DNA of 40,620 bases from positions 1 to 40,620 of the forward strand of contig DASXJM010000456.1 in assembly GCA_036497405.1 (NCBI GenBank), read 5' to 3'. Below, piece after piece: positions 17,799 through 26,135 of the stretch. This DNA comes from Streptosporangiaceae bacterium. Its GTDB lineage: Bacteria; Actinomycetota; Actinomycetes; Streptosporangiales; Streptosporangiaceae. A program made the translations under genes and the position numbers. Every line of letters starts with the position of its first letter. The stretch's first letter is position 1. The notes beneath the pieces are model-generated. The model saw only the letters and a list, made by a program, of their open reading frames with translations, searched no databases and was not told the origin of the DNA.

Positions 17799-19309
17799 CG
17801 CGATTCTCCTTCGGACAGCCCGGCCAGCAGGGTCCGGGCCAGCTGGGTGAGTTCCTCTTCGGCCGCGCCGATGGTGGCGGCGTCGCGGTGGGCCTGGGTC
17901 AGCAGCCGTTCCCCGTGCTGGCGGGTGCGCTCGGCCATGCCCGCGACCACCTGCGGGGCGGCCCCGCCGTCCAGCACCCGGGTCTCCACGATGCCGCGCG
18001 GGTCGAGCACGGTGACCAGGTCGACGTCGTCGAGGTCGAGCCGGGAGCCGTTGTACTCGGCGGCCGCGTCCTGTAGCCGTTCGACGGTCAGGTCCACGCC
18101 CCGGATGCCGTCCCGGCTGGCCTTACGGACGGCGGCCCCCACGATCTGGTAGGCGGTCCGGTAGTCCACGCCGCACTGGCCCATGATGAACTCGGCCAGG
18201 TCGGTCGACTGGCTGTAGCCCGACTCCAGCGCCTGCCACATGCGGGCCGCGTTGACCTCCAGCGTGCTGATCACTCCCGCGGTCAGCCGGGTCGTACGCA
18301 GGGCCAGGTCGAGCGCGCGCGGGACCTCGCCGTAGGCGTAGATGAGGTTGTCGCTGCGGGCCGAGGGGCTCTTGCTGACGGCCAGGAACCCCGACAGGCG
18401 GCCGATCATGGTGCCGGACGCGCCGCGGATGATGGACAGCGAGTAGGGGTTCCGCTTCTGCGGCATCAGCACGCTGGACCGGCTGTAGCCGTCGGCGATG
18501 GAGACGTAGTCGAATTCGTTGCTGGCCCAGATCTCCAGGTCTTCGGCCAGTTTGCTCTGGGTGGTCAGCAGGCTGGACGCGGCCGACATGGCCGCGATCA
18601 GCCCGTCGATCTGCCACATCGCATCGCGGGTGTGCTCGATGAACCCGTCGAACCCGAGCAGGTTGGCCACCCGCGACCGGTCGTGCAGCAGGCGGCTGCC
18701 GTTGACGCACCCGGCCCCACCCGGGCTGAGGTTGATGCCGTCCAGTTCGCCGCGGAGCCGCTCGCCGTCGCGCAGGACCGGATAGGCGAAGCTGACCAGA
18801 TAATGCCCGAAGGTGGATGGCTGGGCGTGCTGCAGATAGGTCTGGTCCGGCAGCCAGGTGCGCGTGTGCTGCCCGGCCAGCCCGGCGATCTCCATGCCCA
18901 GCCGGGCCGCCGCCGCGATCAGGTCGGTCAGTACCCCGCGCAGGTGCAGGCGCAGCGCGATGCGGACCGCCTCCCGGCGCGGGCGGCCCGCGTGCAGCCA
19001 GCCGGCCGCGTCCCCGATCTGCGTGGTGAAGTAGCGCTCGCGGGAGTTGTACGGCTCACCGAACGACGGGTCGTACGGGAACTCCGCCGCCGGGGTGGCC
19101 GCCGCCTGCAGCAGCACGGTCAGCAGCGCGCGGGTGGCCTCGGGCGGGATGACCTTCCGCTCGTGCAGGTCGATGACGTGGGCCAGGTCGGCCAGGTTGA
19201 GGCCGTCGTGCAGCAGCGGCGCGTCCGCGTTCTCCAGGGTGAAGCCGCTGTCGATGAGTTCCTGGGCCGGCCCGCTGACGGGCGGCCCCAGGCGGGCTTG
19301 GGCGGGCAT
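17795..19309 (-). CDS. Argininosuccinate-lyase-like enzyme (fumarate lyase superfamily)
   Basis: 504 aa from ATG 19309, with an aaggagacc Shine-Dalgarno. Superfamily signature: SSVLMPQKRNP. Also ...TYLQHAQPSTFGHYL.... The upstream part of the 624-aa ORF-track entry is Arg/Pro/Gly-rich and overlaps the PLP gene. Confidence 0.8.
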   Translation of the reverse strand: MPAQARLGPPVSGPAQELIDSGFTLENADAPLLHDGLNLADLAHVIDLHERKVIPPEATRALLTVLLQAAATPAAEFPYDPSFGEPYNSRERYFTTQIGDAAGWLHAGRPRREAVRIALRLHLRGVLTDLIAAAARLGMEIAGLAGQHTRTWLPDQTYLQHAQPSTFGHYLVSFAYPVLRDGERLRGELDGINLSPGGAGCVNGSRLLHDRSRVANLLGFDGFIEHTRDAMWQIDGLIAAMSAASSLLTTQSKLAEDLEIWASNEFDYVSIADGYSRSSVLMPQKRNPYSLSIIRGASGTMIGRLSGFLAVSKSPSARSDNLIYAYGEVPRALDLALRTTRLTAGVISTLEVNAARMWQALESGYSQSTDLAEFIMGQCGVDYRTAYQIVGAAVRKASRDGIRGVDLTVERLQDAAAEYNGSRLDLDDVDLVTVLDPRGIVETRVLDGGAAPQVVAGMAERTRQHGERLLTQAHRDAATIGAAEEELTQLARTLLAGLSEGESR

Positions 19310-20367
19310 CAGGTCTCCTTCGCGGCGGCTTCGTCGACGGCGTCGAGCAGTCCACCGGTGTGCCAGAAAATCGTGGTCAGGCCGGGATCGGCGGCGGTCC
19401 CGCCGAGGATCGCGGGCAGCGCGGCCAGGGCCTTGGCCGTGTACACCGGATCGAGCACCAGCCCCGCCGTCCGCAGCGCCAGCCGCGCCGCCGCCCGCCC
19501 CTGGGCCGAGGCGAGCCCGTGCCCGGGGCCGCGGCCGTCGGTCAGCTCGACGTCGTCCGGGCCCGGCGCCGGGGTCCCCAGCTGCCGGGCACAGCCGGTG
19601 GCCATGGCCAGCACCCGCTGGCGGGTCTCGGCGGGAGGCCGCGACACCGACACGCCCGCCAGCCGCCACGGCCGCCCGAGCGCGACGGTCCCCGAGACCA
19701 GCCCGGCCAGCGTGCCCCCGGACCCGGTGGCCGTCACCACCGTCACCCGCCCGCCAGGCCAGCCCGCCTCACTAATCCCACCGGCCCCACCAGCCCCATC
19801 AGTTAGCTGGCGCGCCAACTCGGCGGCGGCCCAGTGGAAACCAGCCGCGGACCGGGCGGTGGCGCCGCCGCGCGGGATCGGGAACGGGCGCTCGCCCGCG
19901 GCTTCGAGCCGGGCCGCGGCCTGGGCGATCCCGGCGTCGACCGACTCGCGGTCCGGATCGCCGGTGAACACGACCTCGGCCCCCCAGTGCCGGGCCAAGG
20001 CCAGGTTGGGATGCTCCTGCTCCGGCGCGGTCCCGGCGTAGACCAGCAGCGCGGGCAGACCTGCGTGGGCCGCGGCCGCCACCGCCGCGGCCGCGAAGTT
20101 GGACCCGGTGGCGCCGCCGGTGACGATGACCGTGGCCGCCGTGGCCGCCGCGTCGGCCAGCAGCACCTCCAGCGGCCGGGCCTTGTTGCCGGCCACCGCG
20201 AACCCGGTCAGGTCGTCCCGCTTGACCAGCAGCGGGCCCGCCAGGCCCAGCGCCGCGGCCAGCCGCGGGGCCGGGGTCAGCGGGGTGGGCAGCACCGCCA
20301 GCGGCCAGCGCTCTGGCCCACCCGGCGCACCGGCCGTACCCGGCCCCGCTTCCGTGCTCGACGTCAC
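19309..20367 (-). CDS. PLP-dependent enzyme of the ACC deaminase / D-cysteine desulfhydrase / L-cysteate sulfo-lyase family
   Basis: 352 aa from GTG 20367, which forms a GTGA overlap with the upstream gene. It has ...LLVKRDDLTGFAVAGNKARPLEVLL... (the GNK lysine motif), a Gly-rich ...TATGSGGTLAGL... loop, and ...LDPVYTAKALAAL.... Confidence 0.7.
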   Translation of the reverse strand: MTSSTEAGPGTAGAPGGPERWPLAVLPTPLTPAPRLAAALGLAGPLLVKRDDLTGFAVAGNKARPLEVLLADAAATAATVIVTGGATGSNFAAAAVAAAAHAGLPALLVYAGTAPEQEHPNLALARHWGAEVVFTGDPDRESVDAGIAQAAARLEAAGERPFPIPRGGATARSAAGFHWAAAELARQLTDGAGGAGGISEAGWPGGRVTVVTATGSGGTLAGLVSGTVALGRPWRLAGVSVSRPPAETRQRVLAMATGCARQLGTPAPGPDDVELTDGRGPGHGLASAQGRAAARLALRTAGLVLDPVYTAKALAALPAILGGTAADPGLTTIFWHTGGLLDAVDEAAAKET

Positions 20368-21566
20368 GGCCACTGGTCCGGCTCCTGCTCCCGGGCCCGC
20401 CGGGCCCGGCTGATGACCAGGTCGACGATCTGCGGGGCGGCCCCCGGGTCGGACGGGTTGCTGGTCGAGCCGAGGTAGGTGGCCACGTTGGCTGCCATCT
20501 TCTCCTCGTTCACCTCGAGTCCTTCGGCCAGCGCGATGGCGATCTGCAGGGCCTGGCCGGTCAGCAGGCAGACCTCGGGCAGCGCGGGCCACTCGGCCTT
20601 CCAGGTCCGGCCGTCCCGCTCGTGCTCACCGACCAGCCCTTCCATCAGCACGCCCGCGTTGACCCGGACCATCCGGGCCAGCGTGGCCAGGTGCTCGCTG
20701 CCTTCGGGGTTCCGTTTGTGACCCATGGTGATGGAGCCGATGACCGTGCTGGCCCGGGGCTCGCCCAGCTCTCCGATCTCCGGCCGCTGCAGCTCGTAGA
20801 CCTCGGTGCCGAACCGGGCCAGCGTGCCCGCGATCATGGCCAGCACGCCGCCGAACTCCGCGATCCGGTCGCGGGTGGCCAGCCAGGAGATGACCGGGTC
20901 GGCCAGGTCCAGGTCGGCGCAGAACGAGGCCCGGATGTCCAGTCCGGCCGGGCCGAACGCGGCCAGCGTGCCGATGCCGCCGCCGAGCTGGCCGACCAGC
21001 CAGCGCGGCGCCCCCTCGCGCAGCCGGTCCAGGTGCCGGCGCACCTCGTCGGCCCAGGTGGCCGCCTTCCAGCCGAACGTGGTGGGTGCTCCCGGCTGGC
21101 CGTGGGTCCGGCCGCAGATGAGCGTGTCCCGGTACCGGGCGGCCAGGCTGAGCAGCAGGTCCTCCAGCATGCGCAGGTCCCGCCAGCACGCGCCGCCCAC
21201 TGTCCGCAGGGCCAGGCTGGTCCAGGTGTCGGTGACGTCCTGGACGGTGGTGTCCCGGTACACGTATTCGGCCGCGGCCGGCGACAGCACCCGGCGCAGC
21301 TCCAGGATCAGCCCCTGGGTCGAGTGCCCGGTGATCCGGGCCCCCTCCGCGACCCGGTCCAGGTCCAGCCGGCCGACGGTGGCCTCGGCGGTGATCGCCG
21401 CGGCCGCCTCGGCCGGGATGAAGCCGTGGGCGGCCTGGGCCCGGGCCAGCGCGGCCAGCACGGTGAGCCAGCCCTGCACCCGGCCTTCCTCGTTGAACAC
21501 CTCCCGCAGTTCCGCGGTGCCCCACAGGTGGGCGTAGGACAGCGAATCCGTGATGCGTGCGTTCAC
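20364..21566 (-). CDS. Adenylosuccinate-lyase / 3-carboxymuconate-cycloisomerase-like enzyme (fumarate lyase superfamily, deviant signature)
   Basis: 400 aa. It has ...LWGTAELREVF..., ...GRTHGQPGAPTTFGWK... and the signature GSITMGHKRNP, where the canonical form is GSSxMPxKxNP. A GTGA overlap joins it to the upstream gene. Confidence 0.75.
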   Translation of the reverse strand: MNARITDSLSYAHLWGTAELREVFNEEGRVQGWLTVLAALARAQAAHGFIPAEAAAAITAEATVGRLDLDRVAEGARITGHSTQGLILELRRVLSPAAAEYVYRDTTVQDVTDTWTSLALRTVGGACWRDLRMLEDLLLSLAARYRDTLICGRTHGQPGAPTTFGWKAATWADEVRRHLDRLREGAPRWLVGQLGGGIGTLAAFGPAGLDIRASFCADLDLADPVISWLATRDRIAEFGGVLAMIAGTLARFGTEVYELQRPEIGELGEPRASTVIGSITMGHKRNPEGSEHLATLARMVRVNAGVLMEGLVGEHERDGRTWKAEWPALPEVCLLTGQALQIAIALAEGLEVNEEKMAANVATYLGSTSNPSDPGAAPQIVDLVISRARRAREQEPDQWP

Positions 21567-22477
21567 CGGGTCCCGCCCGCCAGGTCAGCGGCGGCCCGCA
21601 GCCCGTCGGCGACGAGGTCGAAGGAGGCGCCCCAGGGCACGACCACGGTGTCGCCGCGGGTCTCGATGTGGGTTTCCAGCAGGCAGCACTTGGTCAGCCG
21701 GACCTCACCGGCCGGGACCGGGGAATCCGCCGCCAGCCGGGCCGGGCACATGTCGATCTGCCGCAGCGACGCGGCCTGGTCCGGGTAGAAGTGGTCGTGG
21801 ATGGCCCGGGAGCGGGCGCAGCCGATCAGCACCCAGCCGGGATCGGGCGGCGGGACCTCGTCCAGGTAGGAGATGGTGGCCCCCGGGACCCGCGCCCCGC
21901 CACCCCGGCAGGGCAGCAGGTAGTGGCGGGCCGGCTCGGCCTGGGCCAGTTCCTGCAGGTCGATGACTTCGGCCCGGGTCAGCACCGCGGGCAGGCTCTC
22001 GGCCGTGCCGAGCAGCCGGTCGACCTGGTCGCAGAACTTGGCCGGCCAGGGCGGGGCCACGTCCAGCACGTGCACCACGGCCGGGTCGGAGTCGAGCACG
22101 AAGTTGACGTGCTCGTACCGGCCCTTGACCACCACGCACCGGTGACCAGGGAACTCGGCCGCGACCCGGGCCAGCTGGCTGGGCACCGCGGTGTCGATGT
22201 CCGGCCTGGTCACCATGATCGTTTCGGCCGGGCCAGCCAGCCGGGTCACCGTGGAAACCGGGCGGAACAGGGAGTCGTCACGGTCGCCGGACCCCACCGG
22301 AGCGACCTTCGATATATCCACCTCGGCCAGCGCCACCTGGTCGCCCGAGCAGGCGATCACGAACCTCGTCCGCCGGTAGACGTCGTGGCCGGCGAACCAG
22401 TCCGCCAGCGATTCGGGGGACAGGTCGCCGCCGATGCTGGTGAAGGCCACGGTCCGGTACTGGCCGGGGATCAGCAT
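21563..22477 (-). CDS. Conserved-looking hypothetical protein (304 aa), family not recognised
   Basis: ATG 22477 overlaps the ComA-like stop (TGATG). The ORF is strongly GC3-rich and sits inside a translationally coupled operon. The 692-aa ORF-track entry extends it artefactually through the ComA-like gene in another frame. Confidence 0.6.
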   Translation of the reverse strand: MLIPGQYRTVAFTSIGGDLSPESLADWFAGHDVYRRTRFVIACSGDQVALAEVDISKVAPVGSGDRDDSLFRPVSTVTRLAGPAETIMVTRPDIDTAVPSQLARVAAEFPGHRCVVVKGRYEHVNFVLDSDPAVVHVLDVAPPWPAKFCDQVDRLLGTAESLPAVLTRAEVIDLQELAQAEPARHYLLPCRGGGARVPGATISYLDEVPPPDPGWVLIGCARSRAIHDHFYPDQAASLRQIDMCPARLAADSPVPAGEVRLTKCCLLETHIETRGDTVVVPWGASFDLVADGLRAAADLAGGTR

Positions 22478-23340
22478 CACGCCGCTCCTCCGGGCCGGCC
22501 CGGACCGTCCAGGTTCGTATCGACCGTGTCCGCGCGCAGCCCCAGGCGAAGCGTCTCCACCGACAGGGCCGCGCCCGGGCGGACGTTGCCGAGGTTCACG
22601 TTGGCCCCGTAGCGGCGGATCAGCCAGGTCTGCTGGGCCCGCTGCGGCGCCTCGAACAGCACCCGGTCGGCGCCGATCGCCGCCACCACCGCCGCCACCA
22701 CGTCGGCCCGGACCGAGCCGTCCGGCTCGTACAGGCCGACGGTTCCGCTTTCGCGTCCCTCGGTGACGACGTAATCGGCGCCGGCCTCCAGGTCGGCCTC
22801 GGCGTCGGCCGCCCACTGCCCGGCCAGGACGGAGGCGTCGGCGTCCTTGCGGCCGATCTCGGCCAGCACCCCGAACCGCTGGGCGGCCACGCCGATCAGG
22901 CCGGACTTCTCGGCCCGGGTCAGCTCGACGGTGCCGCAGGACACCTCCACGCACGGGAAGCCGACCGCCATCGCCCAGTCCAGGAACGGGCTGACCGCGC
23001 CCTGGGCCCACGCGATCTCCAGCAGGGTGCCGCCGGTGCAGGCGCGGACCCCGTGCTGCTCCAGCAGGTCGAGCTTCTCCTCCAGGTTCTGATCGACGTA
23101 GGCCGTGCCCCAGCCGAACTTCCAGATGTCGATCAGCGGCCCGGCCACGGCCAGGTGCTGGCGGGCCTCGGGGACCGACATCCCGTCGTCCAGCACGTGC
23201 AGCAGCCCGGAGGCCCTGGGTTTCACGGTCCGGGCCGGCAGGGCCAGGAAGCCGGGCGTGCGCAGCCCCGGCCCCGGTTCCGGCCCCAGCCGGACGCTGG
23301 GCGGCACGGTGATACATTGCGCCGGTGCCTGCTCCGTCAT
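22477..23340 (-). CDS. Phosphosulfolactate synthase (ComA) family protein
   Basis: It has ...LPARTVKPRASGLLHVLDDG...IDIWKFGWGTAYV...FPCVEVSCGTVEL...AEIGRKD...ADYVVTEGRESG...LIRRYGANVNLGNV.... ATG 23340 is preferred. Alternative starts lie at 23352 and at GTG 23307. Confidence 0.75.
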   Translation of the reverse strand: MTEQAPAQCITVPPSVRLGPEPGPGLRTPGFLALPARTVKPRASGLLHVLDDGMSVPEARQHLAVAGPLIDIWKFGWGTAYVDQNLEEKLDLLEQHGVRACTGGTLLEIAWAQGAVSPFLDWAMAVGFPCVEVSCGTVELTRAEKSGLIGVAAQRFGVLAEIGRKDADASVLAGQWAADAEADLEAGADYVVTEGRESGTVGLYEPDGSVRADVVAAVVAAIGADRVLFEAPQRAQQTWLIRRYGANVNLGNVRPGAALSVETLRLGLRADTVDTNLDGPGRPGGAA

Positions 23341-24299
23341 CGGATCTCCCACCTGCGGAACTGGATGGCCTGGCCCGGCGGATCCGGGATCTGCCCGGCG
23401 TCCGCTCCAAGAGCGCCATCGGAACGGTCGCCGACGTGCTCGGCGGGGGCGACTGGTGGGCGGGACCGGGCGACGACGGCGCGGTGGTCGAAGACGACGG
23501 GCGCATGCTGGTCGTCGGCGGCGAGGCCATGCTTCCGGCCTTCGTGGCCGGTGACCCGTACGGAGCCGGGATCGGCGCGATGGTGGCCAACGTCAACGAC
23601 CTGGCCGCCATGGGCGCCCGGCCGCTGGCCATCGTGGACACGCTGGTGGGGTCGGCTCCGCTGTGCGCGGAGATTCTCCGCGGCCTGCGATGGGCGGGGG
23701 AGCGCTACGACGTCCCGGTCGTCGGCGGCCACCTCACCGAGACCGACGGCCCGCCCGCGTTCTCCGCGTTCGGCCTGGGCCGGGCCAACGCCGTGCTGTC
23801 GGCCACCCACACCCGGCCCGGCCAGGTGCTCATCGTCGCCGCCTGCGTCAACGGCGCGATGCGGGATGACTTCCTGTTCTTCCGCTCGTTCGAGCAGCAG
23901 GGCTTCCAGCTGGCCGCCGACGTCCGGCTGCTGGCCGAGATCGCCGAGTCCGGCGCGGCCGTGGCGGCCAAGGACGTCAGCATGGCCGGGATGATCGGCT
24001 CGCTGGCCATGCTGCTGGAACCGAACCGGCTCGGCGTGACCGTCGACCTGGCCGCGGTCCCCACCCCGGCCGGGGTGCCGCTGGGCGACTGGCTGTGCTG
24101 CTTCCCGTCCTACGTCTTCGTCCTCACCGGGCCCGCCGACCGGGCCGACGACTGCGTGGCGATGTTCGCCGGGCACGGCATCACCGCCGCGGTCGCCGGT
24201 GAGCTCGACGATTCCGGCGCCGTCCGCCTGGCCGCCGGCGGCGCCACCGCCACCGTCTTCGACCTGCGCACCGAAGGCATCACCCGCCTGTCCCGCTGA
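23325..24299 (+). CDS. AIR-synthase-related (PurM-superfamily) protein, sll0787-like
   Basis: It has ...GPGDDGAVVEDDGRMLVVGGEAM...AMVANVNDLAAMGARPLAIVDTLVG...VVGGHLTE.... GTG 23325 is the only canonical start ahead of the conserved N-terminal block. It is inverted relative to the GNAT and radical SAM genes. Confidence 0.7.
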   Translation: MPAPSSDLPPAELDGLARRIRDLPGVRSKSAIGTVADVLGGGDWWAGPGDDGAVVEDDGRMLVVGGEAMLPAFVAGDPYGAGIGAMVANVNDLAAMGARPLAIVDTLVGSAPLCAEILRGLRWAGERYDVPVVGGHLTETDGPPAFSAFGLGRANAVLSATHTRPGQVLIVAACVNGAMRDDFLFFRSFEQQGFQLAADVRLLAEIAESGAAVAAKDVSMAGMIGSLAMLLEPNRLGVTVDLAAVPTPAGVPLGDWLCCFPSYVFVLTGPADRADDCVAMFAGHGITAAVAGELDDSGAVRLAAGGATATVFDLRTEGITRLSR

Positions 24300-24306
24300 C
24301 CCGCGC

Positions 24307-24825
24307 CTAGGCCCGCGCATGCGCCCCACTTCCGTCCGCGGGCCTGCTCAGCCCGATTGACATGCGCTGGTGGGGGAGGCCCTGGTACAGCTCGGGCTCG
24401 CCGGTCAGGCTCCAGCCCAGGTACCGGAAGAAGACCACGTTGGCCAGCTGGACGTGAGCGATCATCCGGCGGCCGCCGAGCCACCCGGCGGTCCGGACCG
24501 CGTGCCGGACCAGCGGGCCGCCGACGCGGTGCCGCCGGAACTCCGGCAGCACGGCCAGCCGGTCGCCCTGCCACAGCACCCCGCCGTCCGGTTCGCGCCG
24601 CAGCGGATAGAGGCGGACCGTGCCCGCGGCGGTGCCGTCGACGTAGCCGACGACGTGCACGGTGGCCGCCTCGTCGTCGTGGGCGTCCCGGTCGTCCGCG
24701 GGGAAGATGGCCTGCTCGGTGACGAACACCTGGCGCCGGACGGCCAGGTGCCGGTCCAGTTCCGCGGCCGCCTGGACGTTCCGGCATTCGACCGGGCTGA
24801 CGACGGTCGTGGTCATCGCGGTCAC
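24307..24825 (-). CDS. GNAT N-acetyltransferase, MSMEG_0567/Sll0786-like
   Basis: 172 aa. It has ...AVRRQVFVTEQAIF...GTVRLYP...GDRLAVLPEFRRHRVGGPLVRHAV.... A GTGA overlap joins it to the radical SAM gene. Confidence 0.75.
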   Translation of the reverse strand: MTAMTTTVVSPVECRNVQAAAELDRHLAVRRQVFVTEQAIFPADDRDAHDDEAATVHVVGYVDGTAAGTVRLYPLRREPDGGVLWQGDRLAVLPEFRRHRVGGPLVRHAVRTAGWLGGRRMIAHVQLANVVFFRYLGWSLTGEPELYQGLPHQRMSIGLSRPADGSGAHARA

Positions 24826-25985
24826 GCCACCTGCAGCGGCAGCATGCGCCGGCCGTCGGCGGGCAGCACCGGCGAACCGGGCCCGGGCCCGGGACCGGAC
24901 TCGTGCTCGAGGACGGCCATGCCCGAGCAGGCCTGGCAGCGGGCACAGCCGGCCATCACCCCGGCCGAGGTCATCCCGTGGCGGCGCAGGTGCGGGACCA
25001 CCTGGCGGTAGATGCTCTCGACGTAGTCCCGCGGCGGCGGCGTGGAATCGCCGAGGATGGTGCCCGGTACCGGCCGCAGCGGCACGACGAATGGGTAGAC
25101 GCCGATGTCGATCGCGCGCTTGCAGCTCTCGACCGTGACCGCCGGGTCTTCACCCATGCCGAGGATCACGTAGGTCGACACCTGCCCGGACCCGAACACC
25201 TGCACCGCCCGCTCCCAGGCCGCGAAGTAGGCCTCGATACCCCACCGGGCCTTGCCCGGCGCGACCCGGGCCAGGACCTGCGGGTCGAAGGTCTCGACGT
25301 GGATGCCGACCGAGTCGACGCCCAGGTCACGGACCTGGCTGAGGACGTCCAGGTTCGAGGGCGGCTCGAACTGCACCTGGACCGGGAGCCCGGCCGCGTC
25401 CTTCACCGCCTTCGCGCACCGGGCCACGTACAGGGCGCCGCGATCGGGGGTGGCGGTGCTGCCGGTGGTGAGGGTGGCGTCGACCGCGCCGTCCAGTTCC
25501 TTGGCCGCCACCGCGACCTCGGCCAGCATCTCCGGCGTCTTCTTGGCGATCGTGCGCCCGCCCGCCAGCGAGAGCCCGATGCCGCAGAACTGGCACTGGT
25601 CGGCGTTTCCCCAGTACGCGCAGGTCTGCAGGACCGTGCTGGCCAGCGAGTCCAGGTGCATCAGCGCGATCTTCCAGTACTCGAGGCCGTCCGCCGTCTT
25701 CATGTTGTAGAAGTTCGGCTGCGGGGCCGGGCGAGCCTCGGCCAGCCGCACGGTGCCCTGGTAGATGCCGAACCCCTCGTCATCCGCACGCAACGCGTAC
25801 GGCGACTCCGCCACGTAGGACGCGCTGGTCGGGACGGTCGTGGGCACCCCGTCGATCCACAGCATCCCCGCGTCGGACGGGCCGGCTCCACCCTGGCGCG
25901 TCTCCAGCTCGGTCTCGACCCGCAGGCCGACCGACTGGAGCTCAGCGATGAGATCAGCAGTGGCTGACCTGGGCATCTGCGACAT
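24822..25985 (-). CDS. Radical SAM protein, MSMEG_0568-like
   Basis: 387 aa. The only N-terminal Cys triad is CAYWGNADQCQFC. It has a TIM-like core ...ATLTTGSTA...VGIHVETFD...YVILGMGE... and a C-terminal CARCQAC. ATG 25985 is preceded by ggagga. Confidence 0.75.
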   Translation of the reverse strand: MSQMPRSATADLIAELQSVGLRVETELETRQGGAGPSDAGMLWIDGVPTTVPTSASYVAESPYALRADDEGFGIYQGTVRLAEARPAPQPNFYNMKTADGLEYWKIALMHLDSLASTVLQTCAYWGNADQCQFCGIGLSLAGGRTIAKKTPEMLAEVAVAAKELDGAVDATLTTGSTATPDRGALYVARCAKAVKDAAGLPVQVQFEPPSNLDVLSQVRDLGVDSVGIHVETFDPQVLARVAPGKARWGIEAYFAAWERAVQVFGSGQVSTYVILGMGEDPAVTVESCKRAIDIGVYPFVVPLRPVPGTILGDSTPPPRDYVESIYRQVVPHLRRHGMTSAGVMAGCARCQACSGMAVLEHESGPGPGPGSPVLPADGRRMLPLQVA

Positions 25986-26065
25986 GGGTCACGTTCCTCC
26001 GTTCCCGCGTCCAGCGACCGATCGGGGGGTTCGGCCCCGGCTGTCCGCGCAGCAAACGCTGTGGC

Positions 26066-26081
26066 GTCCACTATAGGAAAC
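26066..26081. promoter_or_regulatory. 16-nt GTCCA-CTATAG-GAAAC site upstream of the radical SAM operon
   Basis: It lies 81-96 nt upstream of the radical SAM start. Thirteen of its bases (ctataggaaacga, 26071-26083) are identical to 31620-31632. Confidence 0.45.
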
Positions 26082-26135
26082 GAAGTGCCGATGGCAACAG
26101 GTGTCCCAGAGATGTCAACGCGCCAAATGCCAGGG

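Noticed and set aside
22478-23641. N-terminal 388 aa of the 692-aa minus-strand ORF (21563-23641)
   Set aside because: This part overlaps the ComA-like gene in another frame and is Arg/Gly/Pro-rich. The credible gene starts at ATG 22477, which is coupled to the ComA-like stop.
26088-26100. tggcaac element as a sigma-54 type promoter upstream of the radical SAM operon
   Set aside because: It lacks the GG-N10-GC spacing with a proper TTGC element. Actinobacteria are not known to encode RpoN.
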